A DNA stretch of 64,000 nt, from assembly GCA_964106915.2 (NCBI GenBank), contig OZ066922.1. One strand, 5' to 3'. Made by a program: the position numbers and the translations under genes. The stretch comes from Podarcis gaigeae. Lineage: Eukaryota. The notes beneath the pieces are model-generated. The model was not told the origin of the DNA. It ran no database searches and saw only the letters and a list, made by a program, of their open reading frames with translations. Shown piece by piece: positions 1 to 13,202 of this stretch (position 1 is the stretch's first letter; every line of letters begins with the position of its first letter).

Positions 1-385
1 GTTTGGAAACAATATGATTATTGTAGCACCTAGTAAAACATAGGCCTGGAAATAATTTGTAGTGGGGGAAAAAAGAAAATGCTAAATTAGAAAACCATGA
101 TCCATCTTTTAAAAAGGCACAAACAATGCTTTGTAGATTTCGTCTATCATGATATTAAAGCCTATATCAGCCTAGTGAATATCTCCATAAATATATTAAA
201 TAACCCACTTGGGCCACAATCAGTGCTTCCTCCAGGAGGTACTCAAGGGTACGCAGTACTGGCACATCTTAATTTTGGTTTAAAAGCATGGCACTTACTG
301 TAAAAACTTCATGATGAGTGCTGGCCCCTATTTTTCTAGGAAAAAACCCCACTGGCCACAGTTATCTATGCTAATTATTTGTGAC

Positions 386-424
<39 letters not shown>

Positions 425-426
425 AA
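386..426 (+). repeat. (GAAA)n microsatellite
   Basis: About 10 perfect units, seen directly. Confidence 0.97.
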
Positions 427-774
427 ATGTCATCTACTTGTATGTAAAAATTTCCCAGCTCCCTTCCTTGTGGCGATTCTTACTTACCATAAGCTATAGT
501 GGGGCTGTTTATAACCTAGGTCTATGTCCAAGTAGTGAAGCTTCTGATGCTTCAACAAGAGAGGCTAAGGGCAGTATCCAAAAGTGTAGTTCCATTAGCA
601 GAATGGAATGAAGCTTCTCCTTCTTCTGTTCTGTCATGCAGTTTTTCCCAACCCTATGAAGCAGATGTGCAGGAAAGCTTGTGCGACATGTGTAGAGAGT
701 AGACTGAGGGGAAATTCTATTGCAGAAATGCAAACCCTTGTGCTAAAAGAATTACTTCATAGGATACTGCCCCA

Positions 775-1090
775 TTTATTTATTTTAAATACTTTAATGC
801 CAACCTTAAGCAAAACGTCTAGGAAAGCTAAAACTAAAAAAGGTAGCAGATAAATGTAGCCCACAAAATTCAGCGGAACACATAAAATTAGTCTGCAGGC
901 AGCTTTTGACAGCAGAGTTAGCATCAGACAAGCCTCCTTGGGAAGGGCAATCCACAGATGGAGCATCACAACCAAGAAGTCCCCTTCTCCAGTCACCACC
1001 CATCTAACTTCAGGTGGCAGGGGAACACAGAGAGGCCCCTCCAGGTATGACAGAAGGGTTAATGGAAGCTCATGCGGAAGCTCACCCTTC
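775..1090 (-). mobile_element. Degraded L2-type LINE 3' end
   Basis: ttatttatttt tail, then gggaagggcaatccacagatggagcatcacaaccaagaagtccc, similar to the L2 at 20930-20975 (ggcattccacagggcaggagccactaccgagaaggccc). Confidence 0.6.
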
Positions 1091-1632
1091 ATTGTGAACC
1101 CAGCTTACAATTATAACAAAGTCTAGGTTCATTTTCTAATAGGCTCACAAACATTCAGCTCTCCCAGTTCACTGACCTAGGTATGAATACGGTATATTGG
1201 AATGCATCCCAGTGACACTGGACATGCCTGAAGAAGCTCAAGAGTGCCCAGAATTTGCACTAGCCAGCCCGCACTTTTCACAATAATAAGGAAGAACAAC
1301 ACAGAGGGTTGGTAGAGAGCTTCTCTAGATGTGCCAATATTTTGAGCTGCTGCAGAGAATTCTGGCGAAAAAAACCAAGTTTTCTCAAGAGTAGTTTTAG
1401 AACAAAATTAACTATGGTGTGAGGTAGAGCTATAGTGCCTATCGGTTTATAAAAGACTTGCCGTTTTGAAGAAGATTATTTCAGTTCATGGGAGCTATGT
1501 TTTCAGCCAGTCTAGGCAAGTCACGTGATTTCTAACTGCCAGGCATTAAGCTGAGCTGTCTCACAAATAGCTTATGAAAAAGCTGTTATTGAATTCAACT
1601 CAACTCATCTCAGTGCACTAGAGTCTCAAGGC

Positions 1633-1942
1633 ATAAGAATCTAAGAAGAGACCTGTTGGACCAAAGGCCCACCTAGTCCAGCATTCTGTTATCACAGTGG
1701 CCAACCAGATGCCTATGGGAAACCCACAAGCAGTATACACATTATTTGTGATTCCCAGGAGCTGATGTTAAGACGCATACTGTCTCCAGCACTAGAGTAG
1801 CCATGGAGATAGCCTTATCTATGAATTGGTCTAACCCCCTTTTAAAGCCTCAAAGTATGCTACTATCACTACATCTTATGGGACTGAATTCCATAGGTTA
1901 ACAATGCATTGTGTGTAAAAGTATAACTTCATTGGATGACCT
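1633..1942 (-). mobile_element. CR1-type LINE 3' fragment
   Basis: cataagaatctaagaagag..ggcccacctagtccagcattctg..cacagtggccaaccagatgcc matches the recalled squamate CR1 3' end with (TTCTTATG)-type tail, read antisense. Confidence 0.7.
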
Positions 1943-2544
1943 AGGTTAAATAGGATGATTCTAGGGAACTGCAGCCTGTAATGGAGCTAAAACTCACCGT
2001 CTATATATATTTTTATATATGTATGTATATATATTTACATACATGTTTCATTTCTTTTACAGGGAGAAACTAATATCAATAAAGTGAAAACATGATATGC
2101 CTATTTCAATTATGAAAAAAGATGCAATAGGTATTTGTTATGCAGGTCTTTGTCAGGAAGTGGTATGGGCTGGAAATTTGGATTTCTACCAATTAAACAG
2201 CTGTCCTAAGGCAGGCACATTTTGAGAAAATCACCTTTTACTGACAAGTTTGTATTCCATTGAGAGTTTTAACAAATGCAATTGAGGGGGAAATGCAAAA
2301 GACATAATGAAGGGGGGGCAATAAGAAAAGAAAAATAATAAAAGAGTTTTTAAAAAGTCTACAAAATGTTTTTAGGAAATGATGAAATATAAATTAAGAA
2401 AAATAGGTTGCAATGGGGAGCAAGAGAAGAGAGGGGAAAGACAAGATACGGCATTTCTTTTGGGAAACTCACTATTTGTAGTATACAGGTGATATATATG
2501 TTTATGGTGTGAAGTGAAGTCACTGGCGAGAGCTGGTCCTCTTA

Positions 2545-2611
2545 CAGTGATATCCTATACATATTTACTCAGAAGTAAGTTCCACTATGCTCAATGGGAC
2601 TCCCAGGTAAG
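2545..2611. mobile_element. ~90-bp imperfectly palindromic MITE-like repeat (atcctat..tactcagaagtaag..caatggg..cccaggtaag)
   Basis: Same motif order recurs at 13113, 51015, 54783 and 61914 in this window. Confidence 0.65.
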
Positions 2612-2633
2612 CACAGCACAGCACAGCACAGCA
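2611..2633 (+). repeat. (GCACA)n
   Basis: Four full units plus a partial one. Confidence 0.9.
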
Positions 2634-4703
2634 ATGCTAATAACTTAATCACCCCTCTTAGGCAGAATGTATACCTTGCTACCTGTGTCCATTATCATTA
2701 AGAAACGGAACATTTCACAACAAGCTACAGTGAAATAATCCCAGCGATGCCTGTGGCTGAGCTGGAACTGGGACCAACTGGGGTTTCCAGAGGGGAGACT
2801 TGAATTTTGGCAGTACAGAGAAGACAATCAGGTATAGGTCAGCACCAGGGAGAACTATCTACCAAGCACTTCTGCTGTGCAGCCTCCATTTTGACGAGCT
2901 TATATTTCACTCTGTACTAGTCCTGCTGAAATGAGCGCAAGTTACAGGGCAGTAACATTTATGTGGTGCTGTTTATATGAAAGCAACGGTTTTTCATTTG
3001 TAGTCTTGTAATTTATCTGGATTCCCATAATAAGCTGCATATAGAATACTGCACTTATCATAGGGGCTGGTAATTGCCAGTTGACCAGCTTCATTCACAC
3101 ACATGCTCAGCTGCCAATTTCCCTTCCCTCTCTGCTTGGGAAAGTGGAAGACAGGAGCACACAAATAAGAGGAAGAACCTTTTCACTGGAGCACTCCATC
3201 TCTATTCATGCTTGTAAGAAGCTGTGGTCTCTGTCGCCTTTAATTCCAGTCTTCCCAGAAAGCAAAGCTAGGCAGAAAGAGACTGATGTGTGAGAATAAA
3301 AGAAGGAATTCTCTCACTGGCTTGTTCCCAGACTCAATAAATCTACCTTCCCTGATCACATTTTCTTAGCAGGAGGGAAAGTAGCCAGACTGAACTGTGC
3401 CAGGGAATGGAGGGTGTGAAGGAAATGCACATGTTTGTGCTACATGAGAATTATGGTATTCCGAGTTTGGATCAATCTAACTAGCTTGCTATATACAGCC
3501 CCCAGAGTATTGGCACATTCTTTTCACAGCAAGATATGTGGCTCTAACAAAGACATGACTTTGAAGAAGAAGGGCTATGCAGATAAAGGAATACTCAATT
3601 GTCAGTGGCTCCCATTAAGTTCTGTGGAGCAACCCAAATAAGTTGCTCTCTGGAAAGCAGCTGGAAGGATGCAAAACCTGATCCTCACCATAAACGTCAT
3701 GGCAACCGCTATCAGTTTCTCCAAGTGCATCCCTTTGCTTTTTCTAAATAAGATGAAAAGGCATTCTTTGAAACTGTTGTTTTCTTCTGATCTGAGTCTC
3801 AAGGGCAGATAATAGCTTTTTTACCCCTAAGCAGTATTAAGTACCAACCTATTACAGTTACTCTTTTCCCAGGAAAAGATCAGGGGGTGAGGGATGGGGA
3901 CTGATAAAAGAACTATGTATTAATATCTATACTCCTTTCATCTGGTGTCCCTACCTATGAATAATTAATTGACCTGCTATCCCATGAGGATCCTTCGCAC
4001 CATCTTGCCTCGTATCCGTCTTTGAATTGTCCCATACCCCATAGGATGTAGAATCATTTTCCCGAAGCTATATGCTGTTGCCAGAAGAGGAGGCTGAACA
4101 CCAACTCTAAGCCCAGCAAAGCTCATTTAAGAGCAGTTGGGGCAGATTCTGGTTATGAAGCAGGCTTGAATGGCTGACTCTGGAGTCCTAACTCCAACCT
4201 CCAGCTCTTTATTTCATCTATTTTCATCAATCTGCATAACATGTGAATGTCTACATTTATCTCAAGGGATAAGAACTCTCTTGAACTTGATGTTGTTTCC
4301 TGCTTCTTTGTGTACTTTCTAAGTATCATGTGGGCTCAGTTCAAGCATGATCGGACTAAGCAAAATGGAGAATACTTCCTTATTCAAAGGTTGATGAGCC
4401 AGCACAATGCGAGTGAGACAATAGCAGTCTGGTTCCCATGCTGCAGCAATAATACTGGCTACAAGTAATTGTCGCTTATCAACATAATGTCACATAAATG
4501 TAAGATACAATTTTTAATGACACAGTCAATAACCATTTTGCATGGGGGTTATGTTCTGGCCCCCGCATGCATTAGCCGAGCACAAACAAGCACACTCCAT
4601 CCCTGTTCCTTCCTTTTAGTGATGTTAGATCACTTCTGAGTTCGGCACTATGTGTGCATGGTAGCGTGTCTTTCAGATGCGCATTAATCGGTCATTGCCT
4701 GTA

Positions 4704-4953
4704 CAGTCGTACTTTGGAAGTTCAACAGAATCCATTCTGTAAGTCCATTCAACTTCCAAAACATTCAGAAACCAAAACACTGCTTCTGATTGGCTGCAGG
4801 AAGCTCCTGCAGCCAATTGGAAGCTGTGGAAGCCCCGTCAGACGTTTGGCTTCCAAAAATAGTTCGCAAACTGGAACAGTCACTTCTGAGTTTGTGGCGT
4901 TTGGGACACAAAACGTTCGAGAACTAAGCTGTTTGAAAACCAAGGTATGACTG
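4704..4953. mobile_element. Tc1/mariner (Tigger-like) MITE
   Basis: TIRs CAGTCGTACTTTGG / CCAAGGTATGACTG, left TA flank at 4702-4703, internal palindrome gattggctgcagga..tcctgcagccaatt. Confidence 0.8.
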
Positions 4954-6811
4954 AACTGTTAAAATTAACTCTTCACAATATAGAAGGCACAGCGGGTTAG
5001 AATAGGGAAGAACAAACTTTTATGGTTAAAACGAATTACATATTACTAATGTCCATTGAAGAAGACTTGAAACTAATTGTAAGATGCATTGTTTTGTGAA
5101 TTATCTAAGGAGAATAGCCACAATCTAAAACATCACTAATAAGACTCTCCTACAAAACCGTAGTCATGAAGAGAAAGTCTCTTCAGTATAGCAGTGCAGC
5201 AAAGAGATTTCAAAGCTAATATAATTTTTTGCATTTCTATCCTGCCCCATTTCATAGGATCAGTGTAGGTCATAACCTCATTCTAATATTACTGAAATGC
5301 ATCCTGAGGTAATATTTCATTTTAAGGAATTAAAAATGTAAGATTCTTGAATTTTACTTTTTGGCTATATACAGTAATTATAAACCTCTGAGAGGCCATA
5401 GCTAAGCCAGTGGCAAAATAATTTATGTTTTTTTGATTGAGACAGCATTTCTCAAAGGACTACAAATGATTTACAACAGAGCAGTCCCACAGAGAACATT
5501 TTTACTCCAGTACATATAGTTTAGGGATTGCAGCTAACACTATAGACTTGGAGCATTCTATATTTATCAACCAGAATTTTCTACTCAAAGGATACATAGC
5601 AGCTTTAAGAAACACCTTTTGGATTTGTCGTTTTTATCACCTCCATCTAGAGTGCCTGCTGACAGATCAGCAGCATGTCAGAAATGGGCGAAGAACATGA
5701 AGACATGAAGTGTAAATTTCATGAAGTCTGTTGCTCCTACTATGCCATATATTTTTGGCCAGTAAGACAATATAAGTACTTGGTTTCAACACCCCATGTT
5801 GTGCATCTCATCTCAGTAGCAATTACAGCAAGAGTCCAGCTGTAAAAACCTGATGGAGATGCTGTGCAGATTCAAAGAATCAAAAGCACAATTCATTAGA
5901 AGTGCTTCACTTGGTTTCTGAAGCATTTTCGCTACAGGCACACACTGGCAGAGGGGTTCAAGGTCATTCTTATTCTTGCCTTTTTCCTACTCAGCAGAGG
6001 GCAAGCTACTGGAAAGCAATGCAGAAATGGAAGATTACTACAGATACAACATACAATTGTTCATGAAAGAGTGTTGGGGGATGATGGAAAAAGCACAACA
6101 CAAAAGAAAGAAAAAAGGAGACCTTGAGCTCATTTTTGAATTAAGCACTCTCTGTTACAAAATAAAAATCGGCTGTTTTAATACCATTTATAGCAAACCA
6201 TACTGACAACTAAAATATTCATAAAAACACTGCAGTCACATTTTTTGTTCAATAATAACCAAATTATGCTACTTAATATTCAGACATCATAACAATAACC
6301 CTTGATAACACAAAAATCAAACGTGTTGACTGCACTTTTAAAGGATTCAAGAAACACATGCACAAAATGGGTTTTCACTGTTTCACTATAGGACTGCAGG
6401 CTGTGCCAGTGTAACAAGGCTGCTGTTAACAATTAGCAGTATTCTAGACATTTTAATCATGGCAAAGCTGATTATTCTTGGTAAGCCTTACTCTCTTTTT
6501 TTCTTCATGCAATCAAAAGCTCCAATTAGGTTTTTCACACCAAGTTTTCTTCCCTTAAAATATTGCCCTTCAGTATGTGGGTTATGACTTGAACTTAGCT
6601 GGGTTTCACCATCACAACAACTCTGCCTTTTGGGGGGAGAGGGAAAGGAGAATAAGAAAAAGGAGGGGGCCTATAACAATATATTAAAGATAACAATAAT
6701 ATCTCATATATCATTTTTATTATGTATTTTTGAGTTTTTAACATGCATTTTTATGTTGTGAATCACCCTGAGAACTACAGATAAACAGTGGTATACAAAT
6801 GGAGAAAAATT

Positions 6812-7165
6812 ATGTTAAGCCTGGGTAAGAAAAACCTGATATGTGACATGATAGAAATCTTCAAATATCTGAAGGGCTGTCACATGGAAGATAGAAGAAG
6901 CTTGTTTTCTGCTGTTCCAGAGGGTAGGACCCAACCCAATGAATTCAAATTACAAGTAAGGATATTCTGATTAAACATTATGAAGAATTTTCTGACTGTA
7001 AGAGCTGTTCAAAGGTGGAATGGACTCCTTCGGAGGGTGGTGTACTCTCTTTCATTGGAGGTTTCTAAATAGAGGCTGAATGGCCATTTGTCGGGGATTC
7101 TTTAGCTGTGACTAGATGAACCTTGGGCTTCCTTTCAACTCTGCAATTTTATGATTCTATGATTC
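6812..7165 (+). mobile_element. CR1 LINE 3' end
   Basis: ORF2 C-terminal remnant (DMIEIFKYLKGCHMED..SLFS..PEGRT), 3' UTR and (ATTCTATG)n tail at about 7146-7165. Confidence 0.9.
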
Positions 7166-7364
7166 AGTTGTAAGACTGGCTAAAATTTGTGGTTTTATAT
7201 GGTGAACAAAGTAGAGGACATACAAAAAATATTAATTTTCAACTATTACACAAAACTTTATATCTATGTGTATGTAAATAATGACATGGTTCAAAAGTCT
7301 CTTGTGAAATATGCTATTTGGAACTCTTACTAACTTCTCATCTTCAAGTCAGAATATCTTAAGA

Positions 7365-8094
7365 CTTCAAGGACAATCACCAGGGCACAAGCTTGGAGAG
7401 TGTGCATGGAGGTCCTGGGCTGCCCAGACAACAAGACCCCCCCCCCCCTGGCCTTACTGATGTAGTTCAAAGGAAAGCAAAACAATACATTCAGCACCAA
7501 CCTGGCTACAGGAGGTGCCAGAAGTAGGCATACAAGATGCCATCCAACCACCTTTGGGACTCTACTCCGTATTTGTGTAGGATTTGCTCCTTAGCCTTTT
7601 GTACTCAATAAGGCAGTTGGTATGGATTTTTCCTCAGGGTTTACTCCTGAAAGCTTTCTCACGAATGAGTATAGCTGAAAGGGGGTGGAGGTTTAGGATC
7701 AGAGTATTCCTTCTCCTAGATGGGCTACCTTCCCAGATTGATGAGCCCCATCTGCCCCTCAATTCCCTCTATAGCACATGCTGAATCTGCCTTCTTGACC
7801 ATTAGACTTGCTATTGGTATTATCCGCTCAATCAGGCAGAATCTGTCTTTGCATGCAGGAGACAGACAAATCCCTCACTCACCAAGGGTTTGATACACAT
7901 CAGCTAACCTCACCTGTTTTAGCCAATCAGTCAAAGCAATTACCTGGGGTGTGGCCACTGCTGCATGCTGACAGCTTCTAGGAGATACAGATGAGAGTGG
8001 AGACCAGTGGTGGATGAACTACGGTACCCAGATAGAGCATGGTGTGACCCCCACCAAAGATATTTTCCCTCCCTTAACACCCCATACACCCCCT
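7365..8094 (-). mobile_element. RTE-clade LINE 5'-UTR-derived element
   Basis: Minus strand ggggctcatcaatctgggaaggtagcccatctaggagaaggaatactctgatcctaaacctcc resembles the recalled RTE 5' UTR motif; a second copy in opposite orientation lies at 22915-23240. Confidence 0.55.
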
Positions 8095-9525
8095 CAAGGC
8101 CAATATCTTCATAATTTATAAACATGTTTTTTTAAGGACATGTAACTACACTCCAAATGCAATTACCTAAATTTGTATCCTCTGTGTGTGCATTTAATTT
8201 TCATGAAATTGTATTATTTCTTATTTATTTCTTTATTTTAATATGCTTTTGATTAAATAAATAAAAAGAATTTTTTGTTTTAAAAACCCCAAAATGCCTC
8301 TTTGTATATGCCACCAGTGGATTAAAACTTTGATATCAAATTCAGGTTATGGTGGTATGCACTGATCCTAGCAGTACTCCTGTAAAGGTTAGAGATGGTT
8401 AAGGGCGACAGGCAGGATTCCTGATTTGAGAGGTGAGGGCTTGGGGTAAAGAATGGGGTAGAGAATGCACAATAGAGGAAGGATTAATTAACATATATAC
8501 CAGTTCTAACAAAATAATACCCACCTGCTGGTAAATTTTGCAAAAGTTGGGAATGCTCCAGCCATCATTAAGCATTTAGTCCTCCTGATTTCAGTAGGAG
8601 AGATAGGCAAGTTCACTAACTGTTTGAAATCACTGAGTCTTAAGAGTGCTTAAGCTGGATTGTCCTATTTGCTTCTAACCGCTAATATTCTGTATTACGG
8701 TATTGCAAAACTGGAGAATCAATTTATGTCAAAGTCAAAATGGCTTAAGTGTTCTCGCAAGCAGGCTACCACTCAATTCACTATAATAAATTATCACATT
8801 TTCCTTTTCTTTTGGCTTAGAAAAGCTATTTCATACTTATGAATTCCAATGATCAAAATAATTCTGCCAATTACGGTGTTCCATTCTGCTATGCATAGTC
8901 AACTATGTAATGCAATAAACTATGCCTGAATGGTCTGTTTACCCCACAGCAAGTTACAAGGAAAACTCTTTCCCCTTAAAGGACTTGTCTCTTTGAAATG
9001 CACAAACTGGCAAGAAGCCAAGGGAAGCTGGTGCTTAAGAAACCAAGACTGAGCAGTGCCTGTGTGCATTTCAATCTCAGCCAACCGCAGTAAATGTTAT
9101 TGGAGTTTTTGTGCTGTAAAATTGCTGCTTTCATGCCCATTGCATCTGACAATAGGAATCCTTGATCTAGCATGAGGGAAGGAGGTTGATGTGCCTTCTA
9201 GTCAAAATTCTGCATTCCTTAAAAACCAGGGATACTACTTCAGTGTGCTCTTAATGGGTTAGTGACAGCAAGATTCATGTCAATGGTGCATCCGGACAGA
9301 GAAAGATACTAAATGGAGAAGTCTTTTGTAAGAGATGGGGAAGAGCAGAAAATTTATTCTTTTAAAGTTACCCTGAAGCTTTAATGGGAGAAGGGAATAC
9401 ATACAAAGGCAAAGTCTGCTGAATGAATAGCTGAAATCCTTTGCAGCAACTTTAAAGCTTCTATTTCAATTTGCAAAGATTCTTGCTAGAATCTGGGTTC
9501 AGATTTAAAGTAATTTCTAATGATG

Positions 9526-10139
9526 CAGGGGCAGATGTACCTACAAAAGCAATGAAGTTTAAGTTTCAGGGGTCCCAATATTGGAAGGGCCCCAAAAGCG
9601 ACACTTGTCCATCTTGCTTAAAATAAACAGGTCCAGTAGATTCACTCAACTCAAATAGATTAATTTTGGAGGGATATATTTCCACAACCCCAAAGTTTGA
9701 GAGTCAGTAGTGCATATGTTGCAAAGGCGGAGCGTTGTTGGCCGTTCTGCACTTAAATTCTTTCTATATATTGTCTCCGGAAAATGACATTGCAAAGTTC
9801 TCCAATTATGATACTGGATGTGAAACTAAAAATAATGAACTGGACGTGAAACTAGAAAAAAACAGAAAAGAACAACAGAATAATAGAATTGTAGAGTTGG
9901 AAGGGACTACAAGGGTCATCTAGTCCAACCCCAGTGACTTTGACAGGTGAGATAATTCAGGACAACAATTTAAATCAAAATCTGAGATGTAATAGGGTTG
10001 TGTTTTTAATGTGGTGATATGACATGGAACAATCTCATTGAATAAGATAACAGGGGTTACCCAGACCTCACTGCTGGTTGAGAAGGGTCCCCCATAACAG
10101 TTCAAGCTTCAGGGCTCCAAAAGCGTAGGTCTGCCCCTG
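9526..10139. mobile_element. Putative non-autonomous DNA transposon (hAT-like ends)
   Basis: CAGGGGCAGATGTAC / GTAGGTCTGCCCCTG are 13/15 inverted; the motif aag(t/c)ttcaggg occurs near both ends; no clean TSD. Confidence 0.5.
9876..9932 (-). mobile_element. Short CR1 3' tail fragment (nested)
   Basis: atagaattgtagagttggaagggactacaagggtcatctagtccaacccc is the reverse complement of the CR1 end at 7110-7165. Confidence 0.8.
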
Positions 10140-10151
10140 ATGATATGCAAC

Positions 10152-10290
10152 AGGGATTTGAAAGCTTTCTGTCCTTCAGATGTTGCTGGACTCCCAACAC
10201 CCATCAGCTCCAGCCAGCTTGGCCAGTGATCAGGCATGATGGGAGTTGTAGTGTAGCAATGTATGGAGGCCCACAGGTTCTTCACCCCTC
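10152..10290. mobile_element. Palindromic hAT-type MITE, old copy
   Basis: cagatgttgctggactcccaacacccatc..gatgggagttgtagt..tggaggcccacaggtt; same family as 51506. Confidence 0.75.
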
Positions 10291-11439
10291 ATAAGCAACT
10301 ATTTAAAAAATCATAGGTAAAAATATAAGATTTAAAAACTAGTTTCATTTTCAGTTTGGTGACCCTAACCAAATTTCACCACTGTCAACACATTCAGCAG
10401 GATTTTAATGTTATATTATTAATCTGGGAGAGGTATGACCTTAAACTAAGCAATCTTATTAATAATGCACAGTAAGCTGAAATGTTGCAAGCCTGCTGAA
10501 GTGGTTTGCTGTACATGTATTCTCAATGCTATTTAGTCCACTTTTCAATAAATACAATCACAGACAGAAATATATACAACAATGAATGGACAGAATTTAA
10601 GTACAGGTAGGACTTGAAGTAGAATGTTTAGGAGCTCCACAGAACTTATTCAGTGGAAAAAAGAAGTCAGCAAAGGCTGATAAAATTGCACATTCTTCCA
10701 AGAGGATTTCATCCAAAGACACATTTATATTCACTTTGACCACACCATGCATTATTTTATAAAACTCTCATTGCCCCCCACCCCTTTTCTAAACTTAAGA
10801 AATCCTAACTGGAATAGTAGTCTTTCCTTGCAGGAACCAGATTTGACAACAGATCTATATTTTTATACAGGAAGCTTCTATGGTCATATAGAGAGCAGAA
10901 GGTAAAGAATCCTATTTATGAAACAAAGTGAACACCCCTTCATATACCCCTATCATATCCCTCTTATTCTCCTTTAACTCTCTCTAACTTAAAAAAAACC
11001 CTCTCCCTAAACTAACAACAATAACAACAACTGTCGCAAGCGTTCCTCATAGGGAAACTGCTCCTTTCCCATGAAGGATGGACAACATGAATTACACATT
11101 TGCAAAGCAGAAAATGTATGGAATCCACTGTACAGGATGTGGTGATGAGTACTAGCTTAAATGTTGGCTGGCAGCACCAGGCAGCATGGCTGGGCAGCTG
11201 CTCCTGGCCTTCCTCCTTTTTCACCCACAATGCTACTTCTGGTTCCTCTGTTAGTGTCACCACATCCACTTTATGTTCATGTTATGTGTGGAAAGGTCCC
11301 ACCCACTAGCCTCTACAGTAGTGGACTTTTACTGACCAGGAGGATTAGAGATAGGAGCTGGGGGGGCACCTATTGCAATGGGCATGATCTTATGGGCATG
11401 GTGCTGATGGAGAAATGAAGGCTGAAGCTTACCATGTTT

Positions 11440-11688
11440 AAGAAGAGAAGAAGAGTTTGGATTTGATATCCCGCTTTATCACTACCCGAAGGAGTCTCAA
11501 AGCGGCTAACAATCTCCTTCCCCTTCCTCCCCCACAACAAACATTCTGTGAGGTAGTGGGGCTGAGACTTCAAAGAAGTGTGACTAGCCCAAGGTCACCC
11601 AGCAGATGCATGTGGAGGAGAGGAGACGCGAACCCGGTTCACCAGATTACAAGACTACTGCTCTTAACCACTACACCACACTGGCTCT
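11440..11688 (-). mobile_element. Full-length tRNA-headed MIR/Ther1-derived SINE (Squam3-like)
   Basis: Minus strand A box tggtgtagtgg, B box ggttcgcgtc, core gtgaccttgggctagtcac, (CTT)n tail; homologous to 60111-60264. Confidence 0.85.
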
Positions 11689-13112
11689 CTGCTTAATGCT
11701 TAATGGCTTTCAAAGTGGATAAACCAAATATATACAGCCTCCAGGTTTCAGTACCATTTGGGGTCAAAAGGTGGTATAAAATGTTTATAAAAAGAAATGA
11801 ACAGGAACACTTATTTTTCATGCGTTGTTGACCAGAGTTAAACAAACATTAATCCGGACTTCCCCAGTTCCGATATAACGGGAATGCTTGTATTAATCTA
11901 AAATGGGGTCTTTGTGCCAAAAGCTTAAGAATGGCGGAAGCCTGGTCTCATTAACAGGCTTATGAAGCCTACAATGATTGTCCAAACCAGGCCAATGTGG
12001 GTGTGAGTGTTCTCTTAAAGCTGCGAAAGCCATAATCAGTAAAGGAATAATTGGTTTTGGCTTCTCTCTCAGGTAACATATATTTTTTAATTTTTTAAAA
12101 ACAACAACTGGAAAGCAAATATAACCTACAGCTGTTTGTTATAACCAATTGCCCACCACTTTGTATAATTTGATTTTGGTAGGGATAGGTTGAGATGATG
12201 GGGAACTTTAATTTGCTCTTGGCAGAAGAACTGAATGCTTAATTAAACCGAACAACTGTACATTTTATTTCACATTAGAAGAGCAATGCTGACAGGTTTT
12301 TGGCAGGATGATTAAAAGAAATATATATATATGTATGCTAGATTCATCAAATCAAAGATCAGAATGAGATCAAAAATAATTTGGCTGGTACTCAGGAACA
12401 TTTGTTGACTTTTAAAAGCCACTCCATTTTCCTTAAGCATGTTGAACAGAGAAATTAGTTGAACTGTACATAAAGGATATTGACCTCCTTCTTTATTGTC
12501 TGGTTTTGTATGAGGGGAGATTAAATGCCTTTATGGCTAGCTACTGAGAAATGCTTCAAGCATTCCTGTGCTAGTGCTGTGTATAAATCATAACAAATCA
12601 GTGGGCTTAGATGAATACAACATGCATTTTTGCAAAATGTACATGAACAAGCTTGCTTCATATTTACTGAGGGGTTTCCCCCCCTTCAAATTGTTGTGTT
12701 TGAATAAACATCTTTGTAGTGTATAAACAGTTTTACCAAGATGCCTGTTATTCTCATTCTAACTGTATTTACTTGAAAGTAAGTGCCATTATTCACAACT
12801 GAACTGTCATTAAAACAATTGTGCTTAGGACTACAGTCTAAATGTTATTTTGTCTACACTAAGGGATACAAGGCGGGGAGAGAAAAAAAACGGAAGGAAA
12901 ATAATGTAAGAACATGGATAGATTTGCACAGAATGCCACGGTTATGGGATAAATGTTAAACCTCAGTAATTTTAATCCACAAAGCAGATAACCTTTGAAT
13001 CTTCAAGTTCAGTTTCTGTTAGACTGAGTCTACATATGTTTGTTTCTTGATGATCTAACCAATTCATTAAAAAAGCAAAATATGTACTCTTGTTTAAGCA
13101 GACAAGAAACTA

Positions 13113-13202
13113 ACAGTGAAAACATGTACACCTCTACTCAGAAGAAAGCCCCAATGAATTAAATGAGACATTTCCAGGTAAGTGTGTACAGGATTGAAAA
13201 CT
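13113..13202. mobile_element. ~90-bp palindromic MITE-like repeat
   Basis: tctactcagaagaaagccccaatgaattaaatgagac..ccaggtaagtgtgtacaggattg. Confidence 0.65.

Noticed and set aside
11640-11688. tRNA gene
   Set aside because: SINE head with A/B boxes only; no cloverleaf.
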